NCBI RefSeq assembly: GCF_030028105.1
Contig: NC_092379.1
Coordinates: 25,537,821-25,601,820 of the forward strand
DNA from: Mobula birostris
Lineage: Eukaryota
Length of the DNA stretch: 64,000 nucleotides
Direction of reading: 5' to 3'
Both the position numbers and the translations under genes were made by a program. Numbering within the stretch: position 1 is the first letter of the stretch; the number at the start of each line of letters is the position of its first letter. Below the pieces are notes generated by a model. The model was not told the DNA's origin. It did not search any database and saw only the letters and a program-made list of their open reading frames with translations. Below are positions 36,190-50,779 of this stretch, in pieces.

Positions 36190-39100
36190 GCATTTGGTCC
36201 ATCGAGTATGTTCCGGCATTAAATAGTTTCTGATCCTCACACACACCCCTCGCAGCCTCACACATCGGCGTTCACCCCGTAAGATTTTACGCAGTGGCTA
36301 ATCAAGAAACTGTCAATTTCCTCTTCCGATACACCAAACGACCTGGCCTCTACAGTTGGATGTGATAATATCATCATGCTATGGCGAAACACATTGCTTC
36401 CGCATCTCTGTTTTAAATAGATGCCCTTCTATCCTGAGTATGGCCCACTTGTCCTAGAATCCGCCCCCCACCCCCCCGCCACATGGAAATTATTTTCTAC
36501 ATCAATTTTGACAGTTTTTCAGCACACAAATCTTTTCAGTGAAATCCCTTGTCCTCTTCCTTTTCACTTCGAACTAGTACAGGCCCAGGTCGGCAATTCT
36601 TCCGCATGATATATCTTTTATTCCTGGAATCATCACAGTGAACTTCCTCTGAAGCTCAGAAATGACAATATATTATTTGCTAGAAAATTAGGACAAAACT
36701 GTTCAGAACACTCAAGGCCGGTCCTCACATTTACCATGCAAAGCAACATAACATTTTGCACTTATATTCTTGCTGTCGTCTTTTCTTTGTTTGTCAATAT
36801 TTGTATTGATTTCTATATAGAAGAATACAGAGTCCTATCGAATACGTATTAGAAAACAAAAAAAATCCATAATAGCAGTAGATACAGTATATTGAATTAC
36901 ATTAACAAACTCCTTACTTTATATTCATTTAGATTAGATTAATTCGTATATTAGAATATAAACAATTATAAATATATATTTATATATAAGATCTATACCC
37001 ACTGCCAAAGTCGAAGCTGTTTGGAACAAGAAAAAAACAAAGATTATCGGATAATAAAAGATGTTATTAACCAACTTCTGTACTGCAACAAGCAGTCAAA
37101 GATTACGAACATAGTTTAAAAACGGCCCCCACAAATTTAGAAAATCTTGGTTACATTCAGAAATAGAGTAACCAAACTTTTCCAAATTTAGGCATGCCAT
37201 AGTATCCGGTAACGACTGAGAATGATAAGGCAGAACAGCATCCTTCCATTTAAACGGGAAGCGATCTCCTACCCATAAGAGAAATAAAAGGCAGAATGCG
37301 CAAATCAGATGTCTTCAAGATGGTATATTTACTTCCAACAATAGCAAATAGGGCAGTCAAAGGATTAGGCTTAAAATTTTCTTTAAAGATTACAGAAAAT
37401 ATTTGGAGTTCCTTCCAATATATTCCAAGACGTGGGCATGTCCAAAACATATGAATAAGCGAAGCTTCCCCATTGTTACACCTATCACAGTAGGGAGATA
37501 TATTCATATAAAAATAGATAACTTATCCTTGGTCATATAAGCCCTACGAACCACTTTAAATTGGTGCAGGGAATGACGAGCACATGTAGATGAAGTATTA
37601 ACCAATTAAAATAAAACATTCCAAATTTCTTCAGAAATTGAAGTCTGTAAAGCTTGTTCCCAAAGATTTTAGATTTTGTCTAAGGAGTCATTTCTCATTC
37701 CCAACAACATATCATAAATATTGGATATCGAACCATTATGAAATGATTTCAAATTAAGAATTTCATGTAATACGGTCTTCTCAGGAGTATTAGGAAATGT
37801 ATACAATTGAGATCGCAAAAATTCTCTAATTTATAAATACCGAGGGAAAAAAAAAACTATACTTCGTTGACAATCGTTCGAACTAAGAAAGACTTCCTTC
37901 ACACGCAGATCCTGGAAACCTATAATGCCCAATCCTTCCATTGTTTTAAAACTACAGCAGTCATAGAAGGGCTAAAAAAGATAATTTTAAAAAAATATAG
38001 GACTAGAAAGGGAGAATCTCAATAAACCAAAGTGTTTTCTAAATTGCACCCAAATCCTCAAAGTATGTGTTACTTAAGGATAAAAGAAGTGAAGATCTCA
38101 AAAGAGAGATAATGGAAAATTTCATAACCGAGTTAGCTTGTAATGGAACTCACCCGGCACAGTCCTCGTGATTAATATAGTGTAACCAAAACGTGATATT
38201 CCGTATATTAGCTGCCCAGTAATAAAACCTAAAATATGGTAAAGCTAAACCTCCATTTTTTTTATTAGCTTTTAGGAGATGGACTTTATTCAGTCGATGA
38301 CGTTTATTTTATTTTTTTTCCCAAATATAAGAGCATAAAATAGAGTCCAGAGAGTCAAAAAAATGATTTCGCAATAAAAACCGGTAAAGCCTGAAAGAGC
38401 AGTGTAAATTTAGGTAAAACATTAATTTTAATAGAATTAACTCGACCGCTCAATGATAACGAACAGAACGACCAAATTGATTTTTTTGATCTAATTTAAT
38501 AAAATAGGACTATTTTCTATAAATAGGTATTTATAATTCTTAGTAAATTTTAGACCCAAATAAGTAATTGGTTTCTTTCATTTTTAGAAGGAAGATTAAT
38601 ATCAGTGGATACCAAACTATTCAAAGGAATTAAAGTTCACTGTTGTGTAGGTTCAGTTTATATCCAGAAAAATGACGAAAACAAGAGAGTAAAGTAAGCA
38701 CAGAAGTTAACGAAGTTTCACCATTCGAAATGTTAAACAATAAATCATCCGCATTAATTGAAACTTTCGGGGTAGTACCCTTCTGTAAAATACCAGTGAT
38801 ATCATTAGATTCTGCCAGGTCAAAGAGCAAAGGACTCAAAAGGAAGTCCTGTCTGGTTCCATGTTTGCAGTTTAAATGGTTTCGATTTCTGAGAATTAGT
38901 AAGAACCCGAGCAAAAGGAGACAAGTACAGTGATTTAATCCATTGGATCCACAATTATTTTTTATTCTAGATTAACTAAATAATGCCATTCAACACGATC
39001 AAAATCCTTCTCAGCGTCTAAGGATATCACACAGTTCGAAGTCGTCTTAGAGGGAGAATAGATAACATTTGAAAACCGACGAATATTAAAATGAGAATAT

Positions 39101-40250
39101 CGATTTTTAATAAAACCAGTCTGATCGTCAGAAATGATAGAGAGTAAGATATTTTCCATCTTACGGTCCAGAACTTTAGATAGGATTTTAGCATCAACAT
39201 TAAGTAAGGAAATTGGTCTTTGCGAAGAGCATACAGTTGGCTTTTTTTTACGGATAAGTTGAACGTGGTGTCTAAAAATGGATGCTAACATTGCATGTGC
39301 ATTGCTCACCAGGAAAATTAACCTTTAGGCGGTTTTGCACAATGACTCGCAGATCGGTTTGCATCTTCCCTTTTTTGAGGATTTTCTCATTGTTTCTGCC
39401 TCTTTGACACTTCCAGGAAAGTGCATTGGCACTCATATTCCAACGTCATATTTCATTTCTCATTTCTTGCCCATTTTCCTAATCTCTACGTACTTCTGCA
39501 TTCATCCTGTTTCCTGAACACTATCGGCCCCTCCAGTAATTTTGGTATCGCCTGCAAACCTGGCAACACAGCCATCTATTCCATCCTCAAAATCATTGCT
39601 ATACAACATTAAAAACAGGCCACCAGCACCAACCACTGTGTAACATTTCTAGCCATAGGCATTCAAACAGAACCTGATCTTTTTATTCCCACTTGCTGCC
39701 TTCTACAATTCAGCCCGTGCTCGAACTATGTTGGTAACTTCTGTAATAACATGGGTTGTCATTTTTTTTGAAACAGCTTCCTTTACGGTACCTTACCATC
39801 CCCTTTATCCAACGTACTTTTAAACTCCTCCAAAAAGGAAATCATGTCGACTTTGTTTTGCTCTGTGTTAACATGTCCTCCAGAGGCTCATCTTTTACAA
39901 TTGATTAAAATATATTCCCAACCAGTATGGTTAGGCCAGCTTGAATGTTGCCTCTCTACTTCCTAAACAATAGAGAGACATATGATTGTTCTGAGTCCAC
40001 TGGAACAATTCCACAGTCCAATGATTCTGGAAAGATCATTACTAATACCTCCATGGTCTCAACGCTAGCTCTTTCGGAACCCTAAGGTGCATTTCATCTG
40101 GTCCATTTGAGTAATGCACGTTGAGGTCTTTCAGCTGTTTGAGCACATTCTCCCTTGTCACAGTAACTGTTCTTAATGCTCTTTCCTCACACCCTTCAAA
40201 GACTACGCCTAGCTAGCTTTTTTTACAGTCAGGACTGGTGCATACAAACG
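36190..40250 (-). mobile_element. Old CR1 LINE (36190-36789 and 39273-40250) split by an L1 insertion
   Basis: RT pieces around 39.3-39.6 kb continue in register at 36789. CR1 3' tail near 36190. Confidence 0.7.
36790..39272 (-). mobile_element. 5'-truncated L1-clade LINE (ORF2 RT and C-terminal Cys-rich domain)
   Basis: QRPISLLNVDAKILSK..DQTGFIKNR..ISLDAEKDFDRVEW, GTRQ..LSPLLFDL and the C-terminal CDRCNNGEASLIHMFWTC. AT-rich. Confidence 0.9.
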
Positions 40251-40254
40251 TATT

Positions 40255-42464
40255 TAATTGGCGGCGTTGTCAGCCTATGATTGCAGCTTGAAGTACTGGC
40301 CGGGAAGCAGGAACGTTAATGCTGATGTTTTGCCCGACGGGCGCATGACAGTCAGGGACGAGGAGTGGGAGAGCGTTCATGCCCCAGGGGTGAAGGCTCT
40401 GTGCCAGTTTACCATCACAGTGAAAGCAGAGGAAAAGGAGAGGCAGAAGTGAGAGGTGGATCAACTGGTGGCTTATGATGCCGCCATCCCCAATTTATTG
40501 TAACCTGACTGTTCTGAGCACATATCAGCCGCTGGATTTGAGTTCCGGGGAAGTCGCTGCTGCTCACCGAGATGATCCGGGCATTGGTACCATTTGGACG
40601 GCGGTAGAACAGGGAGACATGGTTCAGGCGGACAGGAAATATTACACGTCGATGCCTCTATTAGTAGGAGAATGTTCGCCGTTGGATTTGAAGAAACAGA
40701 TCTTATACCGGGTCACGTCAGCCCCAGACCTACCCCGGCGTTGCCAGCTGGTTCTATCCGAGACGTATTGGAGGATGGGGATGAAATCACTTCATGATGG
40801 TTCTGGACAATTGGATTGCTTAGAGACGGGTTTTACTGGCCCCGAAGAAAGTCGTTGAACCAAGAAGACGGCAAGTCTTGCATTCGATACAAACGGCAGA
40901 AGACACTGCCTACGCGGCCAACTCCCTTGTCCCACCTGCAGAGTGCAGTGCCTCTGGATCTGAATGTGTATGGATTTTCTGCCAATAGAATCCGATGCCA
41001 GCAACACGTTGAATGTTTTAGTCATCACGGACCACTACACCAGATATTCTCAGGCTTTTTCTACGAAGAACCAATGGGCGTCAACGGTGGCGAAGGTATT
41101 ATGAGAGAAGTATTTCATTTATTATGGCCTTGCCAGGCGAATACATCGGGATCAGTTTCGGAATTTGGAGAGCAGACTCATCCGTGAGTTACTGGGCTTG
41201 CTTGTATTCGAGAAGTCGAGGACCCTACCGTATCACTCACAGCGTGATCCCCAGCCAGGGTGGTTTAAAAGGACCTTGCTAGACATGCTTGGGACACTGG
41301 AGATCAGCAAGAAGCGCAATTGAAATCAACATATTCGGCATCTATCTCACAGTTATAATTGTACACGAAATGTAGCTACTGGATACTCGGCATGTTTTCT
41401 CATTTTTTGGACACGAGGCAGGGTTACCCATTGACCTTTGTGACTGACGAGGGTGATTTACCACTGAAGACTTGCCCGAAGTATGTGTCTCACATGAGAA
41501 GGGAGTTGAAAAGGTCTTATGAATTAGCTTGTGTCGCGGCTGCCCAGCAGAATCAAGGGATTAAGAGAATGTATGATGAAAAGGTAAGGTTCTCCCAACT
41601 CCTGTCGGGAGCCAGAGTCCTCATAAGGAACGTGTGGCTACCTGGAAAGCATAAGTTGGCTGACAGCTTGGCAGCTACTCCCTATGTGGTGGAGTGTCAG
41701 ATTCCAAACCTACCAGTTTTCCGGGTGAAACTAGAGGATGGGAATGAGCCTGTAAAGATTCTCCATCAGAACTGCTTGGTGCCCCTGAGTCGACCCAGAC
41801 CCCGACATGGAGCCTACACCTAGTTCGAGGGCTCTTACGAAACGCGGATTGACTAGCGGGACCACAACAAGCAAGGTAAGGACTGCCCCCACACCTGAGA
41901 GGGGTACTAATTCGGAGGATGAGGACCTGGATATGTGGTATATGCTGCCTTTCGCTAACTCCTAGTGGTTGAGGAAGAGACTACCGACACTTCTCCCATT
42001 AGGACTGGTGAAGTGGTGGGGGAGCGGCTATCTGTGACACCCTAGGTTGCAGTGAAACTCTACGTGGGAGGAAGCAGGTTTTGATCACGGAACAGAGGGC
42101 TCCCAGTTGCACGTGGGAACGACTGAGAGATCAGGGGAAGCCTCACCAGGTGGATTGGAAGTATCCTCAGCAGTGTCGCAACCTGAAGAATTAGATGATA
42201 GGCTGCGGAGTTCTCAGAGTATTAGGAGAATTATATAGGTTGGCCTACGTTGCACTAGGTGAACAGAGTATGACACCGTACTGTGTTGAGGAGCTATGTC
42301 ACTGGCTTTTACATCTGGATTGGGCTTTGTGTTTTGCAGGAAGGGTTGGCGAATTAACTCAACAGTATCAGCGCATGCCTAAATTTGGTGGGGGAAGAGT
42401 GTAACATGCTGTATTGTTTCACTGCTGTGTAACATGCTGTAAGTTTTCATTGAAAATGTAATGA
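40255..42464 (+). mobile_element. Decayed Gypsy element (RNase H end, integrase, PPT, 3' LTR start); paralogue of 1-2158
   Basis: AALSAYD.SLKY.PG..NVNAD, GFYWP, KRQKTLP and NPVKILH.N.L pieces. PPT GGTGGGGGAAGAG followed by TGTAACA. Confidence 0.85.
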
Positions 42465-43300
42465 TATTATAATGAGCGACTGGGAGCGGACCCAAGCGCA
42501 GGACAGAGACATGGAGGTAACATTAAAAGAAGTATGCATATTAACAGTTGCATGAAAGGCCGAAGAGCCAGCATTAGGTGCTTACGTGGAAGTGAACCTT
42601 GGACAACAAACGGGAGGAGCCTGGACACGAGAGTTAGTCATGGAGCCTGGACTTAGTCACGGAGCCTGAACATGCACGTGGACACGGAACATGGACTTGC
42701 CCTCGGACTCGGACCGTGGAATTGGACCCGGACGCGGAGCCTGGACTTGAACTCAGACACGGAGCCTGGAGTAGGAGTCGGAGACGGAGCCTGGACTTGG
42801 ACTCGGACACGGAGCCTGGACTTGGACGCGGACAAGGAGCCTGGACATGGACTCGGACACGAAACCTGGACTTGGATTCGAACGTTGAACCTCGATTTGG
42901 CCTCGGACGCGGATTCTGGACTTGGAGTCGGACGTGAAACCTGAACTTGGACTCGGTTGCGGATACGAACCCTGGACTTGGACTGGGACTCGGACACGGA
43001 TTCTGGACTTGCAGTCAGACGCGGAACCTAAACCTGGACTCGGACGCGGATAAGAACCCAAGACTTGGACTGGGACTCGGACTCGGAGTCTGAACTTGGA
43101 CTCGGGACGACAAAACCAAGCAATTCGTATCTTGGATCGCAGCAGCGGCAAACCTCCTGCAGTACTCAGCTGGGCGCGCGATGACAAAACCAAACAAGGA
43201 CAGACAATTCCTGTCCTGACTCGGAGTAGCAGCAAACGGCCTGCAATGCTCAGCTGGAAACGAGACGATAAACCAAACAACGACAGAAATTCAGATAATT
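42465..43300 (-). mobile_element. Truncated sushi-type LTR; paralogue of 2159-3000
   Basis: Same insertion point in the Gypsy LTR and the same GGACTCGGAC arrays. Confidence 0.8.
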
Positions 43301-43309
43301 GGAGATTAG

Positions 43310-46170
43310 TGATCTCTTCTCGGGAAGGTGTGACAAGTACAAAAATGACATGTTGCATCTGATTCCGAGGGGTCCAATATCCTGCCAGGAAGGTTTGCTA
43401 CGGCTATTGGGGATAGTTTAAACTAGAATTACAGTGGGGTGGGGGGACGAACTGAAGAGACTGATGAAGGGGCGGTTGGCATAAAAATAGAGACAGTTTC
43501 AAGACAGTGCGAGAGGGAGGATAGGCAGGTGATAGAGAAAGTCTGCGCTCAGACCGAAGGTTTGAGATGTGTCTATTTTAATGCAATGAGTATAAAGAAT
43601 AAACAGGATCGAATTAGAGCGTGGATCAGTATTGGAGCTACGATGTTGTGGCCATTACAGAAACGTGGATGGCGCAGGGGTAGGAATGGTTACTCAGAGT
43701 GCTAGGCTTTGGAAGTTTTAGAAAGGAATGGGTAGGGGGCAAAAGGCACTGCTGATGAGAGATCTCGTCACGGCTGCAGAAAAAGGAAGAGGTCATGGAG
43801 GGATTGTTGACTAGGTGTCTGTGGGTGGAAGTTAGGAACATGAAGGGCTCAATATCTCTCCCGGGTGTTGTTGTTGTTGTTGTTTTTAATATATATAGAC
43901 CATCCAATAGTAATAAGGACATCGAGGAGCAGATAGGAAGACAGATTATTGAAAGGTGTAATAATAACAAGGTTGCATGCTCGGAGATTAAATTTTCCCA
44001 AATATTGATTCTCATATCCCTGGAACAAGGATTTAGATGCTGTGGAGTTTGTTAGCTGTGCTCAGGAATGTTTATTCACACAATGTTTAGATGACTCTGC
44101 AAGAAGAGAGGCTAAACAAGATATGGTATTGAGAAACCAACCTGGATCGCTTGTGAAACTTCTGAGGGGGAGACCATTTTGGAGATAGTAATCACAATTA
44201 TATCTCCTTTACCATGGCATTGTAGAAGGATAGTGACATAGAAGTTTCGACAGCGTTTAATTGGAGTTAGAAGAAATACGAGGTTATCTGGCAGGAAATA
44301 GGAAATATAAATTGGGAACTGATGTTCGCAGGGAAAGGTACGGCTGAAAAGTGACAAATGTTCAAGGGATATTTGCGCGGCATTCTGCATAGGCACGTTC
44401 CAATGAGTCAGGGAAAGGACAGTCGGGTACAGGAACCGCCGAGTGCAAATGCTGTTTCAAATCTAGTCAAGAAGAAAAGAAGAGCTTAGGAAACGTTCAA
44501 AAAACTAGACAAGGATAGAGATCGAGAGGATAATAAAGCTTCCAGGAAGGAGGTTAAAATGAAATTAGGAAAGCAGAAGAGGCCATGAGAAATCTTTGGC
44601 GGGCAGGATTAAGGAACAACCCAAGGCGTTCTACAAGTATGAGGTCAAGAGGAGGATAAGACTTGAGAGAATAGAGCGAAACGAGTATGATAGTGGAAAA
44701 GTGTTTATGGAACCTGAGGAGACATTAGAGATTCTCAATGAATACTTTGCTTCAGTATTCACTACCGAAAAATATCTTGCTGATATCAGAGATAACTTAG
44801 AGCGGACTGATATATTTGAGCATATTGATATTAAGACATAGATGTATTGGAGCTTTTGGGAAGTATCAAATTGGATAGGTCACCGGGAGAGTGCGGGATG
44901 TTGCCAAGACTACCGTGGGAAGTAAGGGAGATTTCTGAGCCTCTGGCAATGATTTTTGCATTATCAATGGGGACGGAAGAGGTTTCGGGAGATTGCAGGG
45001 TTGCAGATGTTGTGCTCTTTTTCGTGGAAGGGAGCAGAGATAGACAATGAAATTATGGACCAGGGAGTTTTACTTCAGTGGTAGGTAAGTGGATGGAAAA
45101 GATCCTTATAGGCAAGATTTATGAACATTTAGAGATGCATAATGTGATTAGAAACAGCGGGCATGGTTTTTTTTCAAAGGCAGGTCGCGGTTGATGAGCC
45201 TGATTAAATGTTTTGATGATGTGACTAACACATTAATGAAGACAGAGTGGTAGAGGTAGCGTATATGGACTTAAGTAAGTCTTATGATAAGGTACCCCAC
45301 GCAAAGCTTATTGAGAATGTAAGGAGGCATGGCATCCAAGGGGACATTGCTTTGTGGATCTGGATTTGGCTTGCCCACAGAGGGCAAAGATTAGTTGGAG
45401 ATGGGGCATATTCGGCCGTGACCAGTGGTGTCCCTCAAGGATCTGTTCTGGCACCGCTTATTTTTTTGTGATTTTTATAAATGACCTTGATGAAGTAGTG
45501 GAGGGGAGGGTTAGGACACACAAAGCTGTTACGCATGTTGCCTTGTGTTTCAGAAGACACACGGTGCATTGGTCTTCATCAGCCGTGGGATTGAGTCCAG
45601 GTGTCGACAGGTAATGCTGCAGCCATATAGGGCACCGGTCAGAACCCATTTGGAGTACCGTGTTCATTTCTGGTCGCCGCACTGCAGTACGGTTGTTGAC
45701 ATCATAGAAATGGTACAGAGGAGATTTGCAAGGATGTTGGGTGGATTGGGGACCATGCCTTATGAGAACAGGTTGAGGGAACTCGGTCTTTTCTCCTTGA
45801 ACGACGGAGGATGAAAAGTGACCTGATAGTCATGTATAAAATGATGAGAGGAATTGATCGTGTGGATACTCAGAGGCCTTTTCCCAGGGCTCAAATGGCT
45901 AACATGAGAGGGCACAGTTTTAAGGTGCTTGAAGATAATTGCAACGGAGATGTCAGTGTTTTTTTTTGATGGAATGTTGAGTGCGCCTGCTGGCGAAGGT
46001 GCTGTAGGCGGATACATTATGGTCTTTTAAGAGATTCCTAGAGAGGTACAAGGGGCTTAGTCAAGCAGAGGACTATGGTTAACTCTGGGTATTTACTGAA
46101 GTAATTACATGTTTTTGCCATAGCGTTGTGGACTGAAGGGCTTGTATTGTGCTGTTGGTTTTCTATGTTA
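43310..46170 (+). mobile_element. Decayed CR1; paralogue of ~4650-7650
   Basis: KEQPKAFYKY, YMDLSKSYDKVPH and GVPQGSVLAPL motifs. Collinear with unit A. Confidence 0.88.
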
Positions 46171-46199
46171 TTTACTGAGTTTTCTAGGACTAGCTGGGA

Positions 46200-49100
46200 A
46201 GTAGTTAAAGACCACAAGACCATAATATATAAGCTGTAAATCCGGGCTATATTGTCTGCTGTGCCATTTTGTCATGGGAGAATGAATTTTCGGATCAACT
46301 CCAAACTCGCGCATTCTCCCTGTATCCTTTCATGCCGTGACCAACCAACAGTCTATCAAGCTCTGCCTTAAATATTCATAAAGCCGTAGCCCCCACTGCT
46401 GTCTATGGAAATGAATTTGACAGATAGACAAGGTCTCGTTAAAGTATTTCATCTTCCCAAAAGATTCATCTTCCCCTCTATTCTAATAGGAATATTCTCA
46501 GAGAATGTCCTCTGGGCATCTTCACCATATTCAATGTCCTCTCTACATCCACTCTGTAATCTGATAGTTTTGTATGACGCCAAACCACATTCTTCTGAAC
46601 TCCAGCGAATGCACACTTACAGCCATCGGATGCTCGTCACGTGACAAGACACAGTTCCAGAATCATTTTCGTGGACCTCCTTTGAACATTCTCCACTTTC
46701 AGCACTGCCTTTGCAAGGTAACGTAACCAAACATTCTCACAATAATTTCTGTGCCGGCCACCCCAACGCTTGAAAAGTTCGACATTACTTCATTGTTCTT
46801 ACACTCCAGTCTTCTTGAAATTAAGTTTAAAATTGCCCTTGCCTGCATAACCACAGGCTCACTCTGCAAACCAACCTTTCGGGAATACTGCACAAGGACT
46901 CCCGAGACCGTTTGTGTCTCAGCAATTTTCTCTATTTCTCTCCACTTAGAACACAATCATATCTTTCATTTCTTATACCAACTGTGCGACTATTCACTTC
47001 CCGATGCTCTATGCCATTTACCATTACTTCCCCCCGTCTACGAATCTGTCTGAGTTCTTCTTTTTGAAACCTCTCGACTACCTATACCTCCAGTTATCTT
47101 CGTATCGTTAGCAAACTTTTGGAAAAAGGAACATCAACTTTATCATTCAAATTATTGACAAGTAAAGTAACAGTAATCGGTCGCAGCTCAGCATCTTGTG
47201 GACATCACTGGTCGCCTTGTGCTAGTCAGAAAAGTCTCAGTTCATACCCACATTTTCCCTTCTGCCAATCAGAAACTGCTTTATGCCTGCCTAAATCCTT
47301 CTTCTCATGCCAAGGACTCGTAGTCTGTTTACCCCTATAATGTGTGGCCTTGGCAAAGGCCTTGGGAAAATCCAAGTAGGCTACATACACTGAATCCCAT
47401 TCTTCAATCCTGATTGTAACTGCTTCAAATATCTGGAACAAATTTTAAGACAAGATTTTCCCTTGCTGAAACAAAGTGTCTCCAAGTATTCTGAGACCTG
47501 ATCTTTTGAAATCGAATCCAAAATCTTCTGAGTCTCTGAGGTCAGACAAAATAGTTCATAGTTCCCTATCTTCAACCTTTCTTCCTTCTTGGTGTGGCAT
47601 TTACATATTTCCGGTGTTATGGAGCCATTCCACAATCTACTAGTTCGGTAAGATGATTCCGAATCCAGCCAGGATCTCTTCAACAACATTTGTCTGCAAC
47701 TTGGATTGTATATCATCTGCTCAGTGTGACCTATCTACATTCAGAATTTTCACATTCCTAAGAACGTTTTTCTGTAGTCATGATAATTTCACAGACTACA
47801 CTCCACTGAGACGTAGAACTTCCAGCATACCGCTATTGCCTTTGTCACTGAAGACACCTGCAAAACACTTCTTCAGATCGTCCTCTACTTCTTTCTTCCA
47901 TTTAGAACAATTGCAGGCTCATTTTCCGGCTGTGCAATCTCCACTCTTGATTCTCTAATAGACTTTATGTTTCTGAAGAATCTGTTGGTATCCTCATTAA
48001 TGTTGCTTCCTATCATATTCCAGCTTTACACTTTCAATGCTTTTGGCTGCGTATTGTTGTTGTTGTCGTTTTATTTTCAAGTTCCACAACCCTGTAAAAT
48101 CTCATTGATCTTTCTTCTTCTCCATGCACATATTATGTTAGTATTGACTTGTCTTGAAAAACATGGCTGGGGCATCTTTCCTTTAGAATACGTCTTCTTT
48201 AGCATGTATATAAATCTGCGCCTTTCGATTTTTTTTCCACAAATTCCAACCATTGCGGTACTGCCGTCATCCTTGCCAGTATTGTTTTCTAGTAAATTCT
48301 GGAAAAAAAACAAAAATGTCTGTCATGCCTGTGCAATTCCCTTTACTCCTGCATAATACTAATAGAGCCACCTTTAGTTTTTGCTTCTCGAAATTCAGAT
48401 TGAATACAATTAGGCAATGATCACTTTCTTCGAAGGTTTATTTATTTATATATCTATCTATCTATCTATCTATCTATTTATTGATTGATTGATTGGCTTG
48501 ATTTGATTTTTATTTTTTATTTTAAGCTCTCTAATCAATTCTGGCTCTTTTCAAAGCAACCAATCGAAAGTAACTGAACCTCTGATGGTCTAAACCACCA
48601 GCTGCTCGGAAAATTCCACCTCGGAGGCATTTTCGTTTTTTCCCCTTCTTTAATCAAACACCAACCTACTTTTCACAATCTAGCTGCATGTTGTCCCCAT
48701 GACAATTGTGACCATGCTCTTTTGTAAAAAAAAAAAAATGCTGTTTCAGGCAATTTGTAGGCACCCTCCTTACGTCTGTTTGGGGTCAGTACACATCTCT
48801 CATCCTGGTCATTTAGCATTTGCAGTTCTTTTACTCTTTTCATAATGAGTCAACAACATTAACCCTATCTTATCTTTTTTATGTTCATCTTTTTTCCCCC
48901 CAAATTAGCTTGATGTATTATCGATATCTGTCTCCACAATCTCTCCACTAATTGTTCTGTCACTTGCATCCCATCACCATGAAACTCCGGTTGAAACCCT
49001 AACTTCTGATAGGGTTGTGTCGCAACGACAACCTTGCCTTCAACATCATTATGAGCAATGGATTGATTGTGCACTTCAGGAAGGAGTAGACGTAACACAC

Positions 49101-49500
49101 CTGTCCTCTTCCGGGGATCAACGTTTGAAACGGTGAGCAGTTCCAATTCTCCGAGTGTCAAAATCACTAAAGATCTGTCTGCAGACGAACATAGTGATGC
49201 AATTAAATGGAAAGTGCGACAGCGGCTATATGTAATTAAAAGGCTGGTGAAGAATTGAAGTGCTACTAAATACACCCACCAATTTCAACAGCGACGTGTG
49301 GAGAGCATTCTAACAGGTTGCATGGCAGTCTGGATTCCGGAGGCCGTTGCACAGGTTGTGGAAAGCTGCACAAATACTTCAAAACTGACAGTTCCCTCAT
49401 GTGCGTTTACATAAACTGCATCAAGGAAAGGAATCTTTCGAAAAGTCATACTTCAGAAAGAAGGCATGGATCATTAAAGACCCTCGTCAACCAAAATATG
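46200..49500. mobile_element. Decayed minus-strand CR1 plus L2/Rex1 fragment; paralogue of 7690-10950
   Basis: VYVAYLDFPKAFAKATH and RQRLYVIKRL pieces. Collinear with unit A. Confidence 0.72.
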
Positions 49501-50740
49501 CACTCTTCTGACTGTTAACATTACGGAACATGGATAGGAGTTTAAATTCACGTACTCAACTTTTCAAGGACTACTCCTTTACCTCGGTAATCTAATTTAC
49601 AAATGGACAATGAAACCATAAATGCTATTTCCCAATATGGTCTACATTTTCGTTTAGTTTATTTAAGACAACTTTTAAATACCCTTGCCAAGAGTATTTT
49701 TCAGATTTTTAATTATTATCTATTTTAAAGTACTGTTGGCACATAAACAAACAAAAATCACGATATATACCAGTGATATTAAGCTTCTGGCTCAGTGTAA
49801 TAGGTACAAAAATAGTCTCGTAATGTATGATGAGCTCCTGAGGAGAACATATACCGATCTGGGTAGAAAGCTGGAATGCTTGAGTTTTATATTTTGTTAT
49901 CGCCAGACCGCTCTGCCTGTGCCACACACCAGTAAAGATAATGGAGTTGCAGTTAGGCAATTGAATGATGGCTGACCATACGTCAGAGTGGATGAATTTT
50001 GTGATTTTTAATTAATGCGATCTTTTTAGGAGAAGTAATGTCGTTTACGATCGGAAGGTGTAGCACTTGAACGAGTGGGGATCAGTTGTTTTCTTCAGAA
50101 TAGCAGGCTCTGTCAGTAACTGAACTTTCTGTGTCATCATAGGGCAGGGCACCTCTACCATCCACAATTCCTATTTCATCTTATTGATTGCAACACGTGC
50201 CCTCGAATAAGTTTTGTAGAGGCATTACCCCAGAGGTTCAAATACTATTTTTTTTTAAAAATGCACATAAAAGTGGATCATTTTCTCAAAAATACATGAA
50301 CAAGTATGATGTGTTTAGTGTGTAGGACTTACATAAATATCTAATCACATTTATGTAATACTGACGCAGAAATGGTGAAATTCTGCAAGGTTCACAAACT
50401 CTCTAGCACCACTCTATCTATAATTATATCAGACCTTCTTGATTCAGGCTCATTCTTTGATTCCTATACACCAGAACTTAAGTAGCTATCAGGAGCGGCT
50501 GAAGCAAATTCCTTCGATAGTAGACCTACATTTGCTTTAGGTTCCTTTCGGGCGTGTTTCAGTAGACCAATACACTTAACGTCCGAAAAGTCTATATATA
50601 TATATATATATGTATCTATATCTATATATACAGTTAGCAGAGTAAAATCAGAATTAGCCAATGCAATTCCGCACCAATAGCTGGAATCTTGTGGCAAAGA
50701 GACCGAAACAAACAGCAGCTGTGCCTCAGACACCTTCTGC

Positions 50741-50779
50741 AGTTATTGTAAGAGTATAGAATCTGTTTCCACCACTGTG
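50741..50779 (-). other. 23-RSS of pseudogene V3
   Basis: CACAGTG + GTGGAAACAGATTCTATACTCTT (23 nt) + ACAATAACT. Confidence 0.93.
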
